A stretch of DNA of 64,000 nucleotides from an uncultured Bacteroidales bacterium (lineage in GTDB: Bacteria; Bacteroidota; Bacteroidia; Bacteroidales; VadinHA17): NCBI GenBank assembly GCA_963746685.1, contig CAVVBY010000035.1:71742-135741 (forward strand), written 5' to 3'. The notes under the pieces were generated by a model. That model was not told where the DNA came from and did not search any database. It was given only the letters and a program-made list of their open reading frames with translations. Below, one piece after another: positions 1-8,155 of the stretch (positions are counted from its first letter, which is position 1; each line of letters starts with the position of its first letter). The position numbers and the translations under genes are program-made.

Positions 1-1481
1 GCCGTGATTTTCTGAAACACGCAACAGTAGCCGGTGCTGGCGCATTTGCCGGTGGACTGCTGTCGGGCTGTGCTCCGAAACAACCTGAATCAAATCTTGC
101 AGCTGTACTCGGATCCGCTAAAAAACCTCATGTCCAGAAATTTAATATGTCGGGATATGCAGCTCTTGCACTTCCGGTTGTAAGGATTGGTATCATTGGA
201 TTAGGTGATCGCGGAAGCGGTGCAGTCACAAGGTTATCAAAAATAGAAGGAGTGGAGATAAAAGCTTTATGCGATAAAAGAGAGGTTGCCGTAAAAGAAT
301 CACAAAAATACCTCCAGCGGATTGGCAGACCGGCAGCACAGCAGTTTTTTGGTGATGAAAATGTCTGGAAGAAACTTGTTGAATTACCTGATCTTGACCT
401 TATTTATACATGTACTCCATGGATCCTGCACACACCGATCTCGGTTTATGCGATGGAAAACGGAAAACATATAGCGTGCGAAGTACCTATTGCACGAACA
501 ATTGATGAAGCCTGGCAGCTTGTTGAAACATCTGAAAGAACAAGGAAGCATTGTATGATGCTTGAAAACTGCTGTTATGATTTCTTTGAACTTCTGACTC
601 TCAATATGGCGCGCCAGGGTATGTTTGGCGACATTGTGCACGGCGAGGGTGCTTATATTCACAACCTGATGGGACTCAACTTCAAAAAGCCTCTGGATGA
701 TCGTCAGGTTGACGGAGCGTACACTGATATGTGGCGGCTTAAGGAGAATGCTTCCAGAAATGGGAATCTGTATCCTACTCACGGACTTGGCCCTATATGC
801 CAGATAATGAATATCAACAGGGGAGATAAAATGGAATATCTTACTTCAATGTCTTCTATTGATTTCACAATGGGCAAGCATGCTAATGCGCTTGCGGCCG
901 GAGATAAATTCTTTGCTCCTTATGCAAACAAAAGCTACCGTGGCAATATGAACACTTCCCTTGTCAGAACAAACCTGGGCAGGACGATCATGATCCAGCA
1001 TGATGTATCATCTGTGAATATTTATTCAAGGCTGCATGTTATTCATGGAACTTCGGGCTCAGCCATGAAATATCCCGAACCTGAACGGATTGCCCTGGGA
1101 GAAAGTTGGCTGAATGATGAAGAATTAAAAGCAGTTACCGAGAAATTTACTCCTGAAATCGTGAAACGGGTAGGGGAGATGGCAAAGAAGGTGGGAGGCC
1201 ATGGCGGTATGGATTTTATCATGGACTGGAGGATGATCGACTGTCTGAGAAACGGACTTCCGCTCGATCAGAATGTGTATGATGGTGCTTTGTGGAGTTC
1301 AATTGCTCCTTTAAGTGAATGGTCGGTTGCAAACAGGTCACAATCAATTGATGTGCCGGATTTTACCTGCGGTTCATGGAAGACCAATATGCCTCATGAT
1401 ATAAACCTCGAAAAGGGAGGGAATACACAGGTACTTGAAGCTGTCGAGGCTAAAGAGAAAATGCAGCTAAATGTAAAATAG
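1..1481 (+). CDS. GH109-like Gfo/Idh/MocA NAD-dependent glycosidase (alpha-N-acetylgalactosaminidase family), 5' end cut by window edge
   Basis: Rossmann start VRIGIIGLGDRGSG and GH109-like core motifs (ENGKHIACEVP, MMLENCCYD, GHGGMDF). The frame of the ATG at 147 stays open back to nt 3. It reads RDFLKHATVAGAGAFAGGLLSGC, a Tat motif plus lipobox, so the true start lies left of the window. Confidence 0.8.
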   Translation, partial: RDFLKHATVAGAGAFAGGLLSGCAPKQPESNLAAVLGSAKKPHVQKFNMSGYAALALPVVRIGIIGLGDRGSGAVTRLSKIEGVEIKALCDKREVAVKESQKYLQRIGRPAAQQFFGDENVWKKLVELPDLDLIYTCTPWILHTPISVYAMENGKHIACEVPIARTIDEAWQLVETSERTRKHCMMLENCCYDFFELLTLNMARQGMFGDIVHGEGAYIHNLMGLNFKKPLDDRQVDGAYTDMWRLKENASRNGNLYPTHGLGPICQIMNINRGDKMEYLTSMSSIDFTMGKHANALAAGDKFFAPYANKSYRGNMNTSLVRTNLGRTIMIQHDVSSVNIYSRLHVIHGTSGSAMKYPEPERIALGESWLNDEELKAVTEKFTPEIVKRVGEMAKKVGGHGGMDFIMDWRMIDCLRNGLPLDQNVYDGALWSSIAPLSEWSVANRSQSIDVPDFTCGSWKTNMPHDINLEKGGNTQVLEAVEAKEKMQLNVK

Positions 1482-1502
1482 TTGCATGTTGCCTGTTGTT
1501 TC
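1482..1502. repeat. heptamer-periodic array (ttgcatg ttgcctg ttgtttc) starting at the base after the stop codon
   Basis: Three TTG-anchored 7-nt units read directly from the sequence, immediately after the TAG at 1479-1481. Confidence 0.6.
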
Positions 1503-1529
1503 ATCTTTTGACTAAAGATATTTTAAATT

Positions 1530-1545
1530 CCCCCTTTGAAGGGGG
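1530..1545. repeat. short GC hairpin motif ccccctttgaaggggg
   Basis: 5-bp C/G stem. The same 16-mer (15/16 identical) recurs in reverse orientation at 8087-8102. Confidence 0.6.
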
Positions 1546-1575
1546 TAGGGGGATGTAAACCTGAGTAACATATTC

Positions 1576-3030
1576 TTATTTCCTTCGGGATATTAGCATT
1601 TGCCAGAATACAATTCCCAGGATCACAGGAATGCCAATTGCAAAAGCATGCTGAAGAAGAGACATATTTGTTGCTCCGAGGACAGCATAAGTTACCTGAG
1701 TCAGTCCAAACACTGATAGTGCAAACAGAATCATATTCAGCTTTTTATCATATTGCTTTTCAATCTCATCATGCTTTTCGACCTCATCTTCATGGAACTG
1801 GCGCTGGAGATTGTTTAATTCGTGAAGCTCCTCCTTCAATTCTGTCTGTAATTCATTTATCTGAAGGTTATGTATGATAAGGTCATAATAGTCATTATGC
1901 TGGTGAAATACCGACACTTTTGAAAAAATAGCTTTAAGTGATATGCTTGTATATCTTCTGAGATATTCTTTTACTTTCTCATGATCATCCGGGTTGATGT
2001 CAGAAACTTCTTTCATCAGTTGCAGAAAGATAGAGCGCTGTATAAATCCCAATATAGTCAGCCACAGAGTTTTATGGAAAGAATTGGAATAGAAGGTCCT
2101 GATAAATTCAGGATCTTCAGGGCCGCAATTATTTAATACCACTGCCCCTTCCAGACTTGAGGCATAGTATATTTGTCTGTAGGGATGAAGCAGCTCTTCT
2201 TCGCGCTGAAGCACAGCTGTTGCCGGAGTATAATCAAAATCATACACTTTCCTCAGATGGAACAGTGTAAGGTCAATAATATTTTTATCCTGTATCTCAT
2301 CTGATGGCTGTACATAGCAAACAGGTGAAAAATGAGAATGATCGAAGAATTCAACTGAATACCTTGTATTTATATCCTGAAGCAGATAATTTATAAGTTG
2401 TCTTGGTCTCCAACCCTCTTGTTCGATATTCCCGTTGTCAGTTTTTTTAAATACATCAGATTTTCCAGTTATAAGCTGCGAAGTCTTGTTTCTCTCTTCC
2501 GGCCTTTCATTCTGTGATATAAAGAATGCCTCATCATGCCTGTTGAATAACCTGAGCAGATAATTCATCCTGATGAAATCATCCAGATTTGGCTGATTGC
2601 CATTCTTGCTTTCTTTTACCAGTTCGATGCTATACATCAGGATCCCGACACTGGTAAATGGATGAATAATGATCCTGAATGTTCCAGGATCAATATTCAC
2701 GGCAAATTTCAGCAGGTTTTTGATTTTCTGCTGGTTTTCGATTGGCTTGTTGCTGAGCCAGAAAGTCTTGTTGTTAAACATTTTTACCGGAACGGAATCC
2801 GCCTTCAGCCTCATAATAATGCATGCTGATTCGTTAATCTTCTCCTTATCAGTATTATTTGCAAAGAACTTTCTTACATGTTCCAGAAGGAAGTCAAGTC
2901 TTGGAATATCTTCACTGGTCCTTGTCCAGACTTCATTTTCGATCTTCCCGAAATCCGACGATTCTCCTGAGCTTAACCGGAAAGGAAGCATGAGGTGGAT
3001 GATGCCTTTTTCGAGTTGAATAGTAGTCAT
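1576..3030 (-). CDS. hypothetical membrane protein with CorA-like C-terminal coiled coil plus two-TM hairpin
   Basis: Long ORF. I prefer the start MTTIQLEKG at 3030, because the 26 upstream codons run into the heptamer repeat. The C-terminus reads LNMILFALSVFGLTQVTYAVLGATNMSLLQHAFAIGIPVILGIVFWQMLISRRK: two hydrophobic helices, a short loop and a basic tail, preceded by a charged helical region. Confidence 0.55.
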   Translation of the reverse strand: MTTIQLEKGIIHLMLPFRLSSGESSDFGKIENEVWTRTSEDIPRLDFLLEHVRKFFANNTDKEKINESACIIMRLKADSVPVKMFNNKTFWLSNKPIENQQKIKNLLKFAVNIDPGTFRIIIHPFTSVGILMYSIELVKESKNGNQPNLDDFIRMNYLLRLFNRHDEAFFISQNERPEERNKTSQLITGKSDVFKKTDNGNIEQEGWRPRQLINYLLQDINTRYSVEFFDHSHFSPVCYVQPSDEIQDKNIIDLTLFHLRKVYDFDYTPATAVLQREEELLHPYRQIYYASSLEGAVVLNNCGPEDPEFIRTFYSNSFHKTLWLTILGFIQRSIFLQLMKEVSDINPDDHEKVKEYLRRYTSISLKAIFSKVSVFHQHNDYYDLIIHNLQINELQTELKEELHELNNLQRQFHEDEVEKHDEIEKQYDKKLNMILFALSVFGLTQVTYAVLGATNMSLLQHAFAIGIPVILGIVFWQMLISRRK

Positions 3031-3061
3031 TGAAATCTGTTTTTCAATCTGAGAGTTGATG

Positions 3062-3152
3062 TTTAATGTTGCAAGTTGCAAGTTACAAGTTATCAACCTA
3101 AACTGCAACCTTAACGATATATAACCCTAAACACTAAACGCCAAACATCTAA
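3062..3152. repeat. 13-unit heptamer-periodic tract (ttgcaag x2, ttacaag ... ccctaaa cactaaa cgccaaa catctaa)
   Basis: The 7-nt phase is maintained from 3062 to 3152 when read by hand. The tract lies between the stop of the 3149..5350 gene and the start of the 1576..3030 gene. Confidence 0.7.
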
Positions 3153-5350
3153 AACCTGAACGTATAAGTATATTTGAGCAATATCGTTCTTCCCGATGAG
3201 TGGGGCAGGAAGGGAGTTTCCCTCCGGAGATCAGTATTTAGTCCCTCGTCATATACAAGCCAGAAATCATTTCCTTCCCGTGGATTATACCTGAACCTGA
3301 TGTTTGAATTTATCTTATCAACAGCTGTATTATACTGAATGAAAGCTGATAAGGAGGTTTTTGTTGTAAGTGTCATCAATCCCCTGATACCTGCAATATG
3401 ATTCGTGAATTTCACTGACCGTGTCGGAAAATTAAGAAAATCGAGATTGTAAATAAGTTTAAGACTAAACCCTGAACCGATATTCAGTAATGGAGATGCA
3501 GAAAATGATAGTTTCTTTCCGTCGTAGAAGCTTCCGGCTTCAGCAGAGAAAATGGCTGATAACGCATGGCTGTACGAGGTGCTGTACTGAGCAGTGATGT
3601 ATGCAAATGAATATCGTCCGGTTAGAACAGACGCCTGGTCATTTCCAAGATAAAGTATGTCAGCCAGATCTTCAAGCTCCCAGGTAGCACTGACTAATCC
3701 CGAGAATCCCTTTTTAGCATCAAAGGACCAGGCGAGTGCTGCACTTGTCGTCTCATGCAAGCTGCTCGCTGTATTTCTGAAATTATAGGTTGTCAGTGAT
3801 ATGCTGTGATATCTGATAGGAATATTACCCTCAGGAAGCCATCCCTGCCGCAGAATACCCCTCACTCCCTGATAGTTATCCTTAACCTCAAAGCCGATAC
3901 CAGGATTGAACCGGTCGCCTGACCATGTATAGACAAAATCATAACCGAATCCTGTCTGATTACGGTGCTCCCAGTTTACAAGAAGTCGGGAAGGAGACAT
4001 ATCAAAAACCTTATTAACTGAATCATTTTCGAACGTTTGGGCCCATCTTACTGTAAGGTATTCATCCCCAATCACTCTTACAACTCCGTCAAGCCCATAA
4101 CCCAGATTATAGGATCCGTTCATTCCAAGACGGCTGGTCAAAATTCCGCCCAGATATGAGTTCTGGTTAAAGACGCTTCTTTTAGTTCTGAACACTCCGA
4201 AGTTTTCGGCAGGATTTTCTTCATACTTAGCAGTTTGCATATCGAGGATCCCGATATCCCACTTGTTTATTCTCCCTGTCATTCTGACTCCTCCAAAGAT
4301 CCTCACAGGGTTTCCATCATAAAGGCCTATCCTTCTGCTATAAAACATATTATTGCCACCCAGGAGAGGAAAATCAAATACATCAGATTTTTCCTGGAAA
4401 AAAATCCTTTTCTCAGGAAAGTATAATGAATAGCGTGTAAGGTTTATCTTCTGATCATCAGCTTCAACCTGAGCAAAATCAGTGTTCACAGTGAGGTCAG
4501 CCGTTAAATTATTTGTAATACTGTATTTTAAATCGACACCGGCATCAAATTTTGGTGTGGTTTTCATCTTATAGGCCGTACCTGATTCAATTAGATCGTT
4601 TGCCTGACCCACTCCCGCTGTAAGGTAGGGAGCGACATAGACAGGGTTTTTTGGTTTCAATCCGGAGAATTCAATTATCGATGTATTTGAAGGTTTCCAT
4701 AAAGAATAAGTGAAATTGGGAGGAATAGCAGGAAAAGTTGCAAACTCAGATTTTGCCGGGGAGTATCTCACAATTGTTATCCCCATCAGAGTCTTTTCCT
4801 CCTGCACCTGGAATCTCAGGCTTGAAAACGGTATCCTGAATTCAGCCGACCATCCCTGGTCAGTAATCTCTGTTTTAACATCCCAGAATGTATTCCAGCT
4901 GAAACTAAGATCTGTCTGTTGATCACTGACATCATTTTGAGCTGTTCCGTCTGTCCGTAATCCGTTAGGATTCGTCCAGAAGGAAACTGCATTCTTCCTG
5001 TCGTTGAAAGAATCGAGAATTATGCCGAGCCAGTCACACGTTCCCTCTGAATAGTCTCTCTTCCGGCTGGTTGCCCTCATATCAGCCGGATTCTTATAGT
5101 TCAGAAAACCGGAGACATAAAAATACTGATCATCATAGGCAATTTTAATGATGCTTGTCTCAGAAGGATCGTTACCGAATACCGGTGTATGCATTATCAT
5201 CGGCAGGGAAGGAATTGCCTGCCAGGCAGTTTCATCAGGAACGCCATCAAAGATTATGGGATTTGTTAATTTATTGACAACCAATGGTGTCTGCGACCAT
5301 ATTTCAGCGGAAAAAACCAGAAATAGACCACTAAAAATAATTCTGAACAT
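3149..5350 (-). CDS. CBM9-like/DUF5916 family outer-membrane protein
   Basis: Signal peptide, then an N-terminal DGVPDETAWQAIPSLP...IAYDDQYFYVSG motif typical of the CBM9-like domain of DUF5916 proteins. The C-terminus ...YTYTFRF ends in Phe, a beta-barrel signature. Confidence 0.7.
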   Translation of the reverse strand: MFRIIFSGLFLVFSAEIWSQTPLVVNKLTNPIIFDGVPDETAWQAIPSLPMIMHTPVFGNDPSETSIIKIAYDDQYFYVSGFLNYKNPADMRATSRKRDYSEGTCDWLGIILDSFNDRKNAVSFWTNPNGLRTDGTAQNDVSDQQTDLSFSWNTFWDVKTEITDQGWSAEFRIPFSSLRFQVQEEKTLMGITIVRYSPAKSEFATFPAIPPNFTYSLWKPSNTSIIEFSGLKPKNPVYVAPYLTAGVGQANDLIESGTAYKMKTTPKFDAGVDLKYSITNNLTADLTVNTDFAQVEADDQKINLTRYSLYFPEKRIFFQEKSDVFDFPLLGGNNMFYSRRIGLYDGNPVRIFGGVRMTGRINKWDIGILDMQTAKYEENPAENFGVFRTKRSVFNQNSYLGGILTSRLGMNGSYNLGYGLDGVVRVIGDEYLTVRWAQTFENDSVNKVFDMSPSRLLVNWEHRNQTGFGYDFVYTWSGDRFNPGIGFEVKDNYQGVRGILRQGWLPEGNIPIRYHSISLTTYNFRNTASSLHETTSAALAWSFDAKKGFSGLVSATWELEDLADILYLGNDQASVLTGRYSFAYITAQYSTSYSHALSAIFSAEAGSFYDGKKLSFSASPLLNIGSGFSLKLIYNLDFLNFPTRSVKFTNHIAGIRGLMTLTTKTSLSAFIQYNTAVDKINSNIRFRYNPREGNDFWLVYDEGLNTDLRRETPFLPHSSGRTILLKYTYTFRF

Positions 5351-5405
5351 GTTGGCAGTTAAGTTCGTTTAACAAATTTATGTTAAACCTGATAATAAAG
5401 CAACT

Positions 5406-7094
5406 TCAATATCCTGCCGCCTGCCCGTCTTTACGGGACTCGGAAGCTCCATACCAGACCTTGTTCTTTTCATCCCACATTATAGCCTGGTATCCTCCGT
5501 ATCCACCAAGGTTCCACTCGATCCTGTGACCCATTGAAAGTAATTTCTGAATGACTTCCCAGCGGAATCCGTTCTCAAGGTACAGTATTCCTCCGGTCGT
5601 CATCACTTCACCAGTTGGTTCGGATGATCCCGTATGATATATCCTGGGTGCGTCGCCTGCTTCCTGCAGGTTCATTTTAAAGTCAATAAGATTAATTATT
5701 ATCTGTGCATGACCCTGGGGCTGCATGTCTCCGCCCATAACTCCGAAACTGATCCATGGCTTGCCATCCTTTGTAATGAATCCAGGTATTATAGTGTGAA
5801 ATGGCCTTTTTCCCGGAGCGTAAACGTTGGCATGTCCTTTATCAAGACTGAACATCTCCCCTCTGTCCTGAAGAACAAAACCCAGTCCTGTGGGGCACAT
5901 TCCTGAACCCATACCCCTGTAATTACTTTGTATTAACGACACCATATTGCCATATTTATCCGCAACAGTAAGATAAATAGTATTCCCAGCCTCTATTTTC
6001 CCCGGGTCAAATATTTTCGAAGCTTTCTCGGGGTTTATGAGTTTCCTGCGTTCAGCAGCGTACTTCTTCGAGATAAGTTGTGTCACGGGTACTGAACTGT
6101 ACCGTGGATCTGCATAATATTTAGCCCTGTCTTCAAAAGCCAGTTTTTTTGCCTCCGTGAAAAGATGAATATACTCAGCAGATCCAAACCCCATTTTCTC
6201 GAGGTCAAAACCTTCAAGAATATTAAGTATCTGAAGTGTCGCTATACCTTGTCCATTGGGTGGAAGCTCCCATATATCATAGCCCCTGTATGATGAACTG
6301 ACCGGTTCGACCCATTCGGAACTATGGCGTGAAAGATCGTCATAGGATAGAAATCCGCCATGCGACTTCATAAAAGCATCAATAGCTTTAGCTATGCTTC
6401 CCCTGTAAAATTCGTTTCTGCCGCCTTTTGCGATTTTATCAAGCGTATTGGCAAGTCTTGGATTCTTGAATATTTCACCTTTGGCCGGAGCTTTGCCACC
6501 AGGCATATAGGTTTCCTTTATGTTCGGAAAATCCTTAAGCGCCTGTGTACCTCTGTCGAGGTAATAAGCAATAACTTCTGTTACGGGAAAACCGTCCCTT
6601 GCATAATTAATCGCTGGCTGTAAAATATCTCTTATGGGAAGTCGTCCGAACATGTCGTGCATCTCAAACCAGCCGTCTACACATCCCGGAACTGAAACAG
6701 GAAGCGGACCTGTGGAGGGAATAAATTCGTAGCCCTGGTTTTTAAGATAATCAAGCTTCAGCGAACGCGGAGATCTTCCGCTGGCATTCAGTCCATACAG
6801 CTTTTGCTTTTCAGCGCTCCAGATTATTGCAAAAAGATCGCCTCCGACACCGCAGCCTGTCGGTTCGACAACTCCAAGAACGGCATTGGCTGCAATAGCA
6901 GCATCAATTGCATTTCCTCCTTTTTTAAGAATGTCAAGTGCCACCTGAGTGGCAAGCGGCTGGCTGGTTGCAGCCATTCCGTACTGTGCAATTACTTCCG
7001 ATCGTGTGGCAAAATCCCTTCCTGTTATCCTGTCCTGTGAAAATAATAAGACAGGTGAAAATAAAATGAGAATAGCAAATAATATCCTTTTCAC
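5406..7094 (-). CDS. ggt: gamma-glutamyltransferase
   Basis: Signal peptide, GCGVGGDLFAIIW, TIYLTVADKYGNMVSLIQSNY, and HTIIPGF / GVMGGDMQPQGHAQ motifs of the GGT family. Confidence 0.9.
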   Translation of the reverse strand: MKRILFAILILFSPVLLFSQDRITGRDFATRSEVIAQYGMAATSQPLATQVALDILKKGGNAIDAAIAANAVLGVVEPTGCGVGGDLFAIIWSAEKQKLYGLNASGRSPRSLKLDYLKNQGYEFIPSTGPLPVSVPGCVDGWFEMHDMFGRLPIRDILQPAINYARDGFPVTEVIAYYLDRGTQALKDFPNIKETYMPGGKAPAKGEIFKNPRLANTLDKIAKGGRNEFYRGSIAKAIDAFMKSHGGFLSYDDLSRHSSEWVEPVSSSYRGYDIWELPPNGQGIATLQILNILEGFDLEKMGFGSAEYIHLFTEAKKLAFEDRAKYYADPRYSSVPVTQLISKKYAAERRKLINPEKASKIFDPGKIEAGNTIYLTVADKYGNMVSLIQSNYRGMGSGMCPTGLGFVLQDRGEMFSLDKGHANVYAPGKRPFHTIIPGFITKDGKPWISFGVMGGDMQPQGHAQIIINLIDFKMNLQEAGDAPRIYHTGSSEPTGEVMTTGGILYLENGFRWEVIQKLLSMGHRIEWNLGGYGGYQAIMWDEKNKVWYGASESRKDGQAAGY

Positions 7095-7145
7095 AATAAT
7101 CAGTATTTAGTTTAAATAAATAGCAAAGTTAATAGAATGACTGCA

Positions 7146-7853
7146 TTATTTAGCCATTGCTTTTTTCTTTAACTCCTGAGGCATTTTTTCAATGGCATAT
7201 CTTAATGAGGTCCTTGGCATTATCGTCTTATTCCTGATCACATAATCAAATACCTCCTTCTGATAAGCCTGGCTTGCTGCTTTTAGCATCCAGCCATATC
7301 CTTTCTGAACCATATCGTCCTTATCCAGTAGAAGTATACCGGCTATCTCAAATATGTCGTTGATAAACAGTCCCTTTCGTGCAGGAACTATAAGTGTTAC
7401 TGCAGATGCCCTCTTCATCCATCTGCCTTGCAGTTTTGCCCATTTTTTAAGATATGATACTTTCTCCGGAAACATTTCAACAAGAGTGCCTACCGTATGG
7501 TTACATAATGTATCGCATGTTGCCCAGTTGGTTACATATTTGCTGATCCATCTTTCGAATATCTTAATATCGTCAGGAACATATTCCTTTCTTGCATTAT
7601 ATGACCAGTTGCAAGCAATAATAGCTTCCTCCATAAAACCTGATTGCCATAATTCTTCACACAATTTAAATATTTCTGATTTTGGCTTTTCCTTGATCTT
7701 TGCATAATGTTCTTTTCCAATGTTTTCGGTGACTGCTGATTTTAATCCATGGAGCTTTACGGGCTCTTTGAAGAATCTCTCACCTGAGATCCTGGTTTTT
7801 TCGTCAGAATTTGAAATTAAATCATGTCTGACTTCTTCAATTATGTTACTCAT
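7146..7853 (-). CDS. DNA alkylation repair protein (AlkD-like HEAT-repeat family)
   Basis: About 235 aa. ERFFKEPVKLHGL and WATCDTLC... motifs characteristic of the DNA alkylation repair enzyme family. Confidence 0.65.
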   Translation of the reverse strand: MSNIIEEVRHDLISNSDEKTRISGERFFKEPVKLHGLKSAVTENIGKEHYAKIKEKPKSEIFKLCEELWQSGFMEEAIIACNWSYNARKEYVPDDIKIFERWISKYVTNWATCDTLCNHTVGTLVEMFPEKVSYLKKWAKLQGRWMKRASAVTLIVPARKGLFINDIFEIAGILLLDKDDMVQKGYGWMLKAASQAYQKEVFDYVIRNKTIMPRTSLRYAIEKMPQELKKKAMAK

Positions 7854-7870
7854 ATTTTACTATATATTTC

Positions 7871-7909
7871 TGTCATTGCGAACGAGCGAAGCGAGAGAAG
7901 CAATCTTAT
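7871..7909. repeat. REP-like hairpin unit tgtcattgcgaacgagcgaagcgagagaagcaatcttat
   Basis: Direct repeat of the unit at 7959-7998. The shared ends are tgt[c/a]attgcga...gaagcaatc[c]ttat, and the attgc/gcaat ends can pair. Confidence 0.7.
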
Positions 7910-7958
7910 TCTACCCACCCCAAAGCCCCTCCCGGGAGGGGATCTATACCATTTCTAC

Positions 7959-7998
7959 TGTAATTGCGATCACGCATAGCGTGGGAAGCAATCCTTAT
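7959..7998. repeat. REP-like hairpin unit tgtaattgcgatcacgcatagcgtgggaagcaatccttat
   Basis: Second copy of the 7871 unit. The same intergenic region also holds the perfect palindrome cccctcccgggagggg (7926-7941) and a 9-bp-stem hairpin aaatagccc/gggctattt (8054-8074). Confidence 0.7.
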
Positions 7999-8117
7999 CT
8001 TAATATCCCCCCACCACCACAAAACCTTACCCTGCAGGCTGGCTCCGTCGCTAAAATAGCCCACCGGGCTATTTCTTAACGCTCGGCCCTCTTCAAAGGG
8101 GGACTAGTTTATATAAC

Positions 8118-8155
8118 CCTGTCGCCTGCCGCCTCTTGCCTGTAGCCTTTCGCCA
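8118..8155. repeat. heptamer-periodic array cctgtcg cctgccg cctcttg cctgtag cctttcg cc
   Basis: Five CCT-anchored 7-nt units ending at the stop codon (8156-8158) of the minus-strand GH38 gene. Confidence 0.7.

Noticed and set aside
384-782. Antisense and overlapping ORFs in the six-frame track. Examples: 384..782, 2669..3019, 20748..21155, 23972..24337, 35843..36223, 46006..46488, 48579..49091, 55726..56100.
   Set aside because: Each lies inside and opposite (or out of frame with) a longer ORF that has clear family motifs. Their translations are low-complexity or Cys/Ser/Arg-rich noise.
7720-8079. 119-aa ORF across the alkD-like/GH38 intergenic region.
   Set aside because: It is a read-through of REP-like units and palindromes, so it translates repeat DNA rather than a gene.
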